Shown here: piece by piece, positions 37,001-47,724 of the stretch
Numbering within the stretch: the stretch's first letter is position 1
Layout of the letters: every line of letters begins with the position of its first letter
Source of the DNA: Folioceros fuciformis
Lineage: Eukaryota
NCBI GenBank assembly: GCA_049999805.1
Contig: JBNGIO010006273.1
Coordinates: 53,637-117,636, forward strand
Direction of reading: 5' to 3'
Length of the DNA: 64,000 nucleotides
Notes under the pieces: model-generated
The model's database searches: none
What the model saw: only the letters and a program-made list of their open reading frames with translations
What the model was told of the DNA's origin: nothing
Program-made: the position numbers and the translations under genes

Positions 37001-38588
37001 GAGCAGAGCCATCCACCACCTCCCACAAGTCTTCTATCATCAAAAGGGTCTTAACCCTATGTGCCCAGACATCATAGTTGGACCCTGAGAATCGGTCCTT
37101 GTCCTTAAAATCAAGCTTCATTGAAGTCGTCAAGTTTGGTTGAAATCTCCGTTGATGAGCAACTGACTGCGTGAGCCAAGTTGGCAGGCTGCCCGAAAAC
37201 CAATCTCGTGATTTTGACGGGGGTGGAGAAAACGACCTTGACTGGGAACGAGGTTGCCCGGCTTCTCTCAATTTTTCTGCGGAGGTGGCTCTCTTAAGTG
37301 GCATACTGNNNNNNNNNNNNNNNNNNNNNNNNNNNNNNNNNNNNNNNNNNNNNNNNNNNNNNNNNNNNNNNNNNNNNNNNNNNNNNNNNNNNNNNNNNNN
37401 NNNNNNNNGCTGCGTTTTGTCCCGGGTGAGGAGCAGAGCCATCCACCACCTCCCATAGGTCTTCTATCATCAGAAGAGTCTTAACCCTATGTGCCTAGAC
37501 ATCATAGTTGGACCCTGTGAATCGGTCCTTGTCCTTAAAATCAAGCTTCATTGAAGTCGTCATGTTTGGTTGAATTCTCCGTTGATGAGCAACTGACTGC
37601 GTGAGCCAAGTTGGCAGGTTGCCCGAAAACCGATCTCGTGATTTGACGGGGGTGGAGAACACGACCTTGACTGGGAACGAGGTTGCCCGGCTTCTCTCAA
37701 TTTCTTTGTGGAGGTGGCTCTCTTAAGTAGCATATTGGACATGCCACCTTAACAGGCTCGAAAGCGTCCTCATGTTGTTCACGACCTCTAACAGGAACTT
37801 GCGATTGAATCACATGCGTCGTGTCAAAAAGGACTTGTAGCCTTATGGATACTCCCTCCAGAATCTGCTCCAGAGAAGTGATATGATCGTGGAACCCCTG
37901 AATCAAAGAAGGCAAATGATCCAGTGAGCCTAAGCCCATTTTTCTGGCTAGGTATCCCGATTGCTTACGACATGAACAATTGGATGGCTGCCAAAAAGAT
38001 CTTCTTGACGGTGTAACCGCAAATGAAGGAGGGTGCGAATTGTGGCAATCTATGTGCCTAAGAGTTCGAGAAAACGCCTCTCCTATGTTGGACAGAAAAC
38101 TTGGCGAGAAATCTCTGCTCTGCCAACCTACAGAGCGCCCTCTATCGCGGCCTCTGCGCGGCATGGTGCATGCAATTCATGTGGATAGAGACCACAGATA
38201 GGAAGAAATCGAGACATGCCGATGCTGCATACTGAAGATTGCAGGAATCTGTGCGTGCAACACCGCCGAAGCCATGGCACGAATTTTGCAGGCGTGTAAT
38301 CACAACACCCTGGAGAATCTAGCCGTGAGCATCAAGTAGTGATTCCATCTCATGCCGCGCTCAATTTGAATGCCACCACCTGGGATCCCGATCTGATACC
38401 ATAGAAAAACAAAAAGGTGGTTATTTCATGGTCAGGCACCTTTTAAATGCACCCAGCAGTTATTTACAGTTTAGGTTTTAGTTATGAAACCTTTAGAAAT
38501 CTCATTATTATTAATTCTAGATATTCACTTTCCTAATTCACTTGTCTATACTATGCTGCAGCTAGGCTACAAACATCACACTTTTCTA
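34051..38588 (-). mobile_element. Older Ty1/Copia element with RT region deleted, LTRs of ~187 bp
   Basis: LTRs at 38402-38588 and 34051-34237 (roughly a dozen differences). PBS complement TCTGATACCA ends at 38401. PPT AAGTGGGAG. Gag 36270-37120, protease WFMDSSAS, integrase 34931-35545, RNase H CDNQSAIAIAKN at 34441-34615. Confidence 0.9.
34617..34916. mobile_element. Terminal fragment of an element related to the 2086-5747 unit, replacing the Copia RT
   Basis: CCTAC-rich and ends CCGCTCACTACCTACCATGGGCACTTGCCCAGAAACCTACCTTCCACA, similar to 5701-5747 CCGCTCTCTACCTATTGCGGGTACTTGCCAAAACCCCGCATTCCACA. Confidence 0.7.
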
Positions 38589-38728
38589 CTCGTGGGATAG
38601 GAATATAGGATAGGAATATACCAGATTGGTGGTTTAGAACTATGTAGGCTACTTAAGCCCCTATTTTTATTTATTGGATTTATTATGTAATTTGAGTGTG
38701 TTAAGAAGAAGCTAAAAAAGTCAGAAAG

Positions 38729-38923
38729 TTCTAATCCAAGCAATAAGCCATGCGGCAGAATTGAGCCGGTGGCCAGAAATGGATAATGGATAGATAACGG
38801 AGTCCGAGCAATCATTGGAGTGAACGTTCTAATCCAAGCAATAAGCCGTGCGGCAGAATTGAGCCGGTGGCCAGAAATGGATAATGGATAGATAACGGAG
38901 TCCGAGCAATCATTGGAGTGAAC
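38729..38923. repeat. Near-perfect tandem duplication of ~98 bp
   Basis: TTCTAATCCAAGCAATAAGCC...CATTGGAGTGAAC occurs twice, one mismatch seen. Confidence 0.9.
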
Positions 38924-39852
38924 CCTTTGTTGGAGATGGATGGGTCACCGGAGCTTAGTCGGGGTCCCTGAGGAAGCGGAGAGAGTGCACTTTGATGAGT
39001 AGAGGGGTAAAGACCTGGTAGTAAAGGTCACCTGGATTTTGAAAGAACTATGGACTAGAGAAAGCTTGTGATATGACGGAGAAGTGGAATCTTAGCATCT
39101 TCTACACATTATTATCACCAAGTATGTGAGTCCTATTATCAACAACTCGTTGATACAACTTCTACGCTATACATAGGAGTTATCTATAGCTATGCATAGC
39201 CTAAGTGAGAACTGCGGTATACCATGTAAGGTAATGCTTTAACAATGATTTTACACATGGCCCAAACACTAGCCGGCAACCCTGAAGGGTGTTTACTCCT
39301 TACAAATCTCTTCGAGCTTCTACACATTCCTCCTAGAGATGGAGGGAGGATCTCATTTATTGATATATGCACTTCAGATGCATGCGAGATTCCAAGCCTA
39401 GTTGTGTCTCCAAGAACGAACTCACTATGTCAGAGTACACTTACACTGATTACGACCTTGTTCTTCAGTCTCTTTCAGACCAAAGCGCGTACTATCCTTC
39501 CAGGGGACAATTGTGCTACCTGTAGCCAGGCAAGGGGTAAAGGACATGAAAGGGGGATGTCCTTGACAGATGCAAGCACCCAGTTCCACTGCTATAGCAT
39601 GTGATCTGCCCATGTCAGTTGATACGAGTTAGTACTTCTCCCCTGCTGTAGCCCGTAAACCACGAGCCGCCCGCTGTCTCCTGTCTCCTGTCTCCTTCTG
39701 TGTCGACTTCAAAGCTACAGTTCAGACTGTCTCTTCACAAATTACAGCAGCAATTACCGGCCACGCACCAAGTCCCTCACAATCTTTCCCACTGCTACTC
39801 CACCCTCGTAGTCATCTGATCTACTCCCAGGAGGTCCTCGGAAGTGACTTTC

Positions 39853-40230
39853 ATGGCGGATCGCTACTCGCCACAGGCACTCAGCGCTCCTCCTCCTTCG
39901 CCATGGACGCCTCTCTTGTTCATCGCGGTGCTGGGTTGCATCTGGATCCTGCCATCATGGCTTCACCGTGAGCCTGTGCAAGAATGGGATAGCGCGAGCC
40001 AGCTGAGAGTACTACTGAGCTGGCTGGTTCCTGCTGGTCTGATCTTCTGTCTGCTCCGGGTTTATGCTCCTCCGCAACACACTGGGCAGTTGCAGTACCC
40101 ACAGTCCAAGCAGATCTCTAGTCGTTCCCAGAACTTCTCCGCTCCTTACAGCATCATATGGGCCTGCCTTATGGTGCTCACCCTGCTATTGTTGCTTCAC
40201 GGCACAGCACACGGTCGGGTTGCCGAGTAA
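39853..40230 (+). CDS. Small intronless membrane protein (about 125 aa, three hydrophobic segments)
   Basis: ATG at 39853 after a pyrimidine-rich leader. Pro-rich APPPSPW, then three hydrophobic stretches, an architecture seen in small plant membrane proteins. Confidence 0.55.
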   Translation: MADRYSPQALSAPPPSPWTPLLFIAVLGCIWILPSWLHREPVQEWDSASQLRVLLSWLVPAGLIFCLLRVYAPPQHTGQLQYPQSKQISSRSQNFSAPYSIIWACLMVLTLLLLLHGTAHGRVAE

Positions 40231-40684
40231 TTAGCAGGCTAAAGGGTGCGTCTACGGCTTTGGTTTGATGGGGGCCTTGTGGAACGTCGACCCAGTTGTG
40301 TAATATCAAATTCCATTTCGGGCTCGGGACACTCATAATATTTCCTCCTGACGTGAGTGCACCAGTGGATAACGGGAGCCAGCAGAAAGCTTTCGACATC
40401 GTTGGAGAATTTGAAGCAACCATCCTCAGAAAAACTCTTGTGGAGTGACGGTTTCTTGATGTGTCCAATAATCACAGTATGTTCCCTCGATTTTGAGATT
40501 TTGAAAAAGATGCCATGGGTGGCTTGGCCAGCAATTGATGGACACGCTTGCTTCATGACTGATGTCAATCGTCTCGTTATGTTCTTTCGTCTAGACGTCT
40601 AGTGCATTCCGACAGCCCTGTATCATAAAATCATTTTGAAAATGTAGTGACTTGGATGAGTTTACATGCTGGGTTTTTGTCAAC

Positions 40685-40900
40685 ATTCCCACGAAAGACG
40701 TGGTGACATACAATTGATAGCAGCTGGGTGTGCGCAGCAAGGACTCACCCAAGAGATTCGTGATCGATATGGACAATCCGAGCAAGGAGGCCTCATTTTG
40801 GCCGATCATGTTACTTTCACTTGCCTCCTCAAGGCATGTACGATTCAGTTGCCTGCTTTCTTGTAGTGCCCTACAAGAAAGCAGGCAACTGAATCCCAGC
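40685..40900 (+). pseudogene. PPR (PLS-class-like) gene fragment
   Basis: KDVVTYN / LIAAGCAQQG / DHVTFTCLLKAC / ALQESRQL, broken by frameshifts. Confidence 0.6.
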
Positions 40901-41369
40901 CTGTTGGATAAGGACTGCTGAATAATGTAGGTAGTGCTGGGCAACTTCCTTGTGGACACGTAAGGATTCAAGATGTTTTGGTTTTTGCAGTTGTAAGGGT
41001 CGACCGTGAGAGCAATGGACGCCATAGCCAGTACGGGGAAGCCTGTACAAAGTATGTTCGCAAATCTTCATGTATATAGTATGTACCTACGTCCGGTAGA
41101 CAAATATCCCACGGTACATGGATTTCTGCCTCTTTGTGCCCAACAACGCGCTGCGTGTTGATGCATACTGCCAGTCCTCGTGGGTTTACATACCCAACTC
41201 ACTCCGTGCAACGGGACGGGGCTGAATATGTAAGTAAAAAAAGCTTGGGGCCGTAGCTTGCCTGCATTTTGAATTCGTCGTGGGCGCCAAATGCTGGCAG
41301 AGAGCTTATGGTGAAGGCTGTGGGTAGCGTAACGGGCACTTGGGCGTATCTGCCTTCCGAAGAGACCGC

Positions 41370-44300
41370 ATGGCACCAACTTTCTGCATTCCCGAACGAT
41401 TGGACGAGCTCTTCACGACCCGGGATCCGCCGGACAGGCTACTGTGCCAGCATCTCGTTCCAATTGAGGATCTTACCGAGGAGCTCGTAAAAGGTTCACA
41501 ATTTTCTACCGTCAATGTCCGCCTTTCCTTGCCACCTCTTGGGGATGGAATGTTAGAGGGAGCATTTTCTTCCGCTTTTCACTCTCCTAGCTGAGTAGTC
41601 ACCGGTAGCGGTGTCCGAATTCTTAGGAGAAAAATCCTCAATTGTGCAAGTACTGATTGTCTGCTGGCAGAGGTGACATACGAGCTGAGCGAGAGAGAAG
41701 TGGTGAGCATTGAAGACCAAGATTTGTTCGATCAGGTTTACTCCCTTGTCAGGTGTGCTGGTGGTGGGTGGAAGGTTTTTCCTGACGGCAAGTCTTGTTT
41801 GGGAAGCTGGCAGTGGAGTTGCTGGATTGGCCAGCCTTTCTGTGCGGTGTTCTGTTAATGAGGAGTGTGTTGACGTTGCAGGGGCTTTGCTTCGTTGGAG
41901 CCCTTTTCCAAGAGCCGACTCCTTGAAAGCCTGTGTTCCAACCTCTCTGTGCTCATTGCCTCCATTGATCCAATTCTTGCCTCCGGAAGCGAGTCTGCCT
42001 TGGAGGCGGAATTCCGACGACAGAGCATTTGTTCAATTCGCAATGCCCTTAAAATCTATGTCTATTTCATCCACCAAATCCTCGCGCCTGGGGATTCGGC
42101 TGTGCTGTCGAGAACGGAACGGCTTGCTAAAGGGAAGGTCTGTGCAGGCCACGTCGAGTGATGTTGTTGATGTCCTGATGTATAGTGCCTCTAAATGGGA
42201 AGGTCTCTTTTCTGCAGGGAAGGAAATCTCGTCAGAAACATGTCCCTCAACAATGGGACAGGGAGGCTCTGCAAACAAGATTCATCAGGGTTCTGGCAGC
42301 AGCTGCTCTCTCTAATCTACGGCAGCTTTTTGGGACAGCCCAACTTGAAGAGGGTTTTGTTCGGCTGATTGCAGAGTAAGGGTCTAACATCTCAAATTCA
42401 GCTAGCAAAGGTGTTCATGTTTAAGGAACTTGATGAACTAAATTGGTGTCTCACAGGGCCGCTTTCACAATGTTGGAAAGTCCGGCAGCAGTGAGAGATA
42501 AGGACCTGAAAGATGCACTGTGCAACATCGGTTCAGTTTGTGCCACCAAATATGGATACCTAGAGCAGTCCGTGGCCTGTGTTGTGGATCTTCTGCACAA
42601 GTTTGACCACTTGCCTGTGCATCTGGCTCAATTAGTGGCAGTGTCCAAAGAAAGCTTTGGGGACACTACCTTTGCGTCAAGTGTGCTTCGGGAGATTGGT
42701 CGGACAAACGCAAAAGATTATGCCCGGGACTCCAAAGGTGCAGAAAAAATTGGGCTCTTCCTGGTTGAGCTGACTACTAGGCTGCCAAAGGTTATGTGCA
42801 CTAACCTCAGCTTTCTGATGCACCACATGGATGGCGAGGCATACAAAATGAGGAATGCTCTTGTTCAGGTAATGGGTATACTAGTCGCAAAAGCATTTGG
42901 GGATCCAAGTGGCAATGGGTCAACAGAGCCATCTTCATCAAGGACTAGACAGGTTCTTCTTGATAAGTTACTCGAGCGAACTCGGGATGCCAATGCATAT
43001 ACAAGGACCAAGACCCTGCAGACCTGGGCCAGACTTTGTCAGGACGGAGCCATATCAATCGGCCACTGGAACTTAGTTGCCAGCATTGCCGCTGGCAGGC
43101 TGGAGGATAAAAGTGCCTTCGTTCGAAAAAGTGCTCTTGAATTACTTGCAACGCTGCTGCAGTTCAATCCCTTTGGACCGAAGCTCCGCTCAGCAGCTTT
43201 TGAGGCTACACTTGAGAAATACAGAAAGCAACTGGAGGAGATGAGTGTGCCTGCTACATCCGAGTCTAGCGATGCGGATGGCGCTTTGACTCCTGCAGTC
43301 CCTAGTGTTGTGCATCCCACGGAAGGAGCTGAGTCCCAGACTAGTGATGCTTCAGAGCTGGATAATGTTGGTGCTTCTGAGGACGTAATGGCAGAAAATA
43401 ACACACAAGCAACCGCAACTTCTCCAAGCCCTGAGACCCCTGCCACAGAAATGAAAGGGACTCCTCGCCTGGATGTTGGGGGTTTGGAACAAACTCGTGC
43501 CTTGGTTGCTTCGCTCGAAGCAGGGCTACATTTCTCAAAATGCATGGCTTCCACAATGCCCATGTTAGCTCAACTGCTTGCATCAAAGACGCTTACTGAT
43601 GTTGATCAAACCATACAGCTTCTCATGTGCTGCAAGCAATTTCAAGTTGATGGCTCAGAAGACAAGATTCGCAAGATATTGCCACTTGTGAGTGGTCGCC
43701 ACATTTTCCTTAATGCACAAAGTACAAGTGTTGGTACGAAGAGTATAACGTTAGATTATAACAATGCTCAGCTACCCTTGAAGGGATACTTGTTTGTCGC
43801 TTTGTAGGTCTTCTCCCAGGAGCAGGGTATTCGAGAAGCTGTTGAAGATGCATTCCATCTTTTGTACAGTAAAAAGAGTCCCTCTGAGACTGCAGCCAAC
43901 CTTATAAATTTGACCTTAGAGGCCAATCTTGGGGATCTGGCTTCCATTGAGGCACTAGTCAGTAAGTTCATGGAGAAAGGAGAGATTTCGCAAAGCACGG
44001 TAATTTTCATGACTTGAACATGCGCTTCTACTTTTTCTATTCTGTGCTTCACCGGCGTCCTACTCTTTCTGGCTTCTTACAGGTATCACGCCTTTGGGAC
44101 ATATTTAGGTTCAATGCTATAGGAGTTACAGCTGACCAAAGTCGCGGAGCTCTGGTTATACTGACTATGGCTGCCAAAACCTGCCCCAAAGTTTTGAGTT
44201 CAAATCTGCAGAATATGTTGGATATTGGGTTTGGTCGTCGAGCAAAGGAAGATGTTCTCCTTGCAAGATTCGCCTGCATAGGTCTTCAAAGGCTTTCTGA

Positions 44301-47300
44301 TGAGGACCGCGTAAAGCTTGGGGGTAGCCACAAAGCCTTTAACCTGTTGTCTAGTCTGATCACCAAGGGTGGCTTATCAGATGCTATCTGGTACTCGGTG
44401 GCAGAGCAAGCCATAAATTCCATTTATGTGCTACATCCCATGCCAGAGACATTCTTGGCAAATCTTTTAGTCTCTTTCTCTCAGTCAGTGTTTTCAGGAT
44501 GTGCAAATGGGTCAGAGTCTCCATGTAACTCCGACCAGGGCGAGTCAGCTGGTCCAGGCTTGGGTTTTACACCACTGCCTCCTGATTGCTCCATATCAGT
44601 TTCTGCCATGGCCAGATTCTTCTTTACAGTGGCTCATGTTGCTTTGAAGCAACTTGTCTACGTCGAGAACTGTGTGCGTGTTCTGCGCAAACAGAAAGCC
44701 CAGAAAGAGCGTGAGGAGGCCTCCATAACTGGAGAAAGGAAAGATAGAAGCAAGCTTCCTCAGGTGACGGATCTCTGCAGTTTAGCTCTTACCCTCAATG
44801 GAGAGGTTCTTTGATCATAATGGAAAAACCTCATGATGCAGAGGTCGATCATCACTGAAGAACTGGGGTTGGTTGCAACCGAAGATGCCCGCCTGGATAG
44901 TCTTCTGGAAAATGCAGAAGCTGAGATTGTTTCTGGTGGAGACGATCAAACGACCCTCATCAGCGTTATTGCACCCTTGGTGGCAAAGCTATGCAGGAAA
45001 TATGCTCGACTGCAACAGGTGATGGATGTCCAAGCTTTCAACACAATACAGTCATGTTCGCAGCAAGGGACCACCCTGACAGATTATTTATTTGTCTGTC
45101 TCTCATTGCAGCACCCAGAGCTTCGATCTGCCTCGATGCTAGCACTTTGCAAGTTGATGGCTGTTGATGCGCAATTTTGGTATGAACTTACTCAGGGATC
45201 TGTCTCTCGAACTTAATGAGTTAAGAAGTCGTTATTACTTACACTTAACAACGTTCTCTCCATCAGTAATGCACTCATTGTTGGCCATGTGCAGTGATCA
45301 AAATCTTCAGCTCTTGGTGACAGTTGCACGGACCTCAACAGAAGAATCTCTACGGTCGAATTGCGTGATAGCGTTGGGAGATCTGTCCATGAGGTTTCCA
45401 AATCTGCTGGAACCTTGGACAGAACATGTCTACTCATGTCTCCATGACAGTTCTGCAGTTGTTCGGAAGAATGCGGTGCTCGTACTGGCACACTTGATCC
45501 TGAATGACATGATGAAGGTCAGTAACTGTAGAAGCACTCGTGATAAGTCGATTGTGCTGTGCAGCTCTCTGTGAGCTGTTTTGTGCTAGATTTCAGAGAC
45601 GTTAAGGACAGCATTTGTTGCTAATCTGTTGCTGGATGGCAGGTGAAAGGTCATGTCACAGAGCTTGCTCTACATTTTGAAGACGAAGATCAGAGAGTGG
45701 CCAGTCTTGTAAAACTCTTCTTTCATGAGCTGTCTAAAAAGGGTGAGAGCGCGACTAACTTGTCCAGTCAGTTGGGTCAAGAGTTGTGGTAGACAATCTG
45801 ACCTTGTAGTCCTTCTCCAGGGAACAATCCAATATATAGTCTCCTCCCAGACATGATAAGCCGCATGTCTTCCATGGCAAACTTGCCACAAGAACAGTTT
45901 CGGAGTACCTTACAGTTCTTGATCAGTTTCATCGAGAAGGTTCTGTACTGTTTCTGTTGTAACCTTTTCTTGCATGCTGTCACTATTTTTGATGCACACA
46001 ATATTAATTGGCGTCGAGGTCTTCAAATCTCTTGCATATCGTAACAATTGTTTTGGTTTCCAATGATCTCGGGAACAGGACAAGCATGCAGAGGGACTCG
46101 TTGAGAAGCTTTGCAACCGTTTTCCTGGAACATCAGGCAGGTTTCTTTTTCTCCAACCGCTGACAGAACTCTTCTATGGTCTTTGTGAGACCCACATTTA
46201 GCATTGTGGTGCAATGACCTCCCTTGTCTTGCTGGTTACTGAACGGCTTAATGTGCACAGATGCCAAACAATGGCGGGATATCGCATACTGCGTCTCTGA
46301 GCTGAAATGCACCGAAAAGGGGATGAAGAAATTGATGGACATGTTCAAGACTTACGAGTTTGCTTTGCTGGACGAGGAGGTTGTTCAGCTCCTTGAGGCT
46401 GTGGTATCAAAGGTAAATGGCTTCTTGTTTACTGTGAACTGATGAAGTCCGTAGAGCCTCTGATGGTGATTTATATTGACAGATCATGTCATGTCCACAG
46501 GCAGCCAAGAAAGCAGGAAACGCAGAGCTGAAATTGTTGTATGATGAATTCAGCGAGAAAGTTAGGATGTGCCACAACGAACAAGCAGAGAGGGAACATG
46601 CATTCCAGACAGTGGATTTTCACGGGATTATTACAGGCCAGCTCCATGACTCTGACCTGATTAACCAACCTGTAGACGAACGGGATCCGATTGACTTCGC
46701 GCAGAAGGGTAACGAACAGGATACCTTCCAGTACTCTGGAACACGCGCAAAGAAAGGTAACGAGCACCTCAGTAAGTGTGCTGTTTGCAGTTCTTTATGT
46801 GCCCAAAAGTTCTTATTTGAAGGTTCAGCTGGGAGTCTGATGGGTAACGCTCTACCGTAGGTGGACCTAATACTTGTATTCTAAGTGACGACGAAGATCA
46901 TCACAGCCCAGTAGTGAGCATAAAGGGAGAAAATGTTTCACGTGAATCAACGGAAGGGCCAAGCAACAAAGCAGAGCTGTCAACTGATGGATCTCCTATC
47001 ACAACAATCCGCTCCCAGGAACAGAAACGTATTCAAGCAAGAGAAATCGAGATGGCTGCAAAAGTCCCTACCGAGGATGTTGAGGAGTCGCATTCAGATT
47101 GTAACGTTGAGGAGTTGCATTCAGATTCTAATGTTGAGGGAAGGGCAGGTGATACAAGGGATCTTGAAGAGGCAGCTAACATGCAGGAGCAGAGAAAATT
47201 ATCAATAGAAGAGGCACACTCTAGCTGGTCAGAGTCTACCATCTCTGTAGAACGAGAGGCGTGGTCAAAAGACTCCGAAAGCTTCTCACCGAATGAGAAT

Positions 47301-47552
47301 AGCACGTACAACCCAATAGACATGGCCCCCACCTCAATCAGAACTGCCGCGGCTGCTGCGAAGAAGTCAGGAGGGCGGCTGCAACAGAGGTGTGCTTTTG
47401 ATCAACTTGAACCTTTTCCACCTTCCCAAGAGTTCTCGGACATTTCTGCTGATGTCTCTGTCCGTTGTTACGTTCTCAAGCGTGACTTGTGTATTAAATT
47501 TGCTCCGTGTGACAGGACTCCACTCAAGACGTTACGGAACCGAGAAAACTGA
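41370..47552 (+). CDS. CAP-D2: Condensin I complex subunit 1 (HEAT repeat), multi-exon
   Basis: HMDGEAYKMRNALV, RTRDANAYTRTKTLQTW, GRLEDKSAFVRKSALELL, LRSNCVIALGDLSMRFPNLLEPWT, VRKNAVLVLAHLILNDMMKVKG and NPIYSLLPDMISRMS. Short introns. 3' end less certain. Confidence 0.92.
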
Positions 47553-47724
47553 GACACCGTTGAAATTGTACCATAAAATAGTTCACTATGTGCTCAGCGA
47601 AGACAGATTGAACAGAAGATGCAAGGAAGGCAGTTTGAACAGAAACACAAGCACTGTGCATCAGAACTGCAAGTACGCAACCTGGATCCCCACAACAATT
47701 TGAATTATGCAACCTTATACACTG

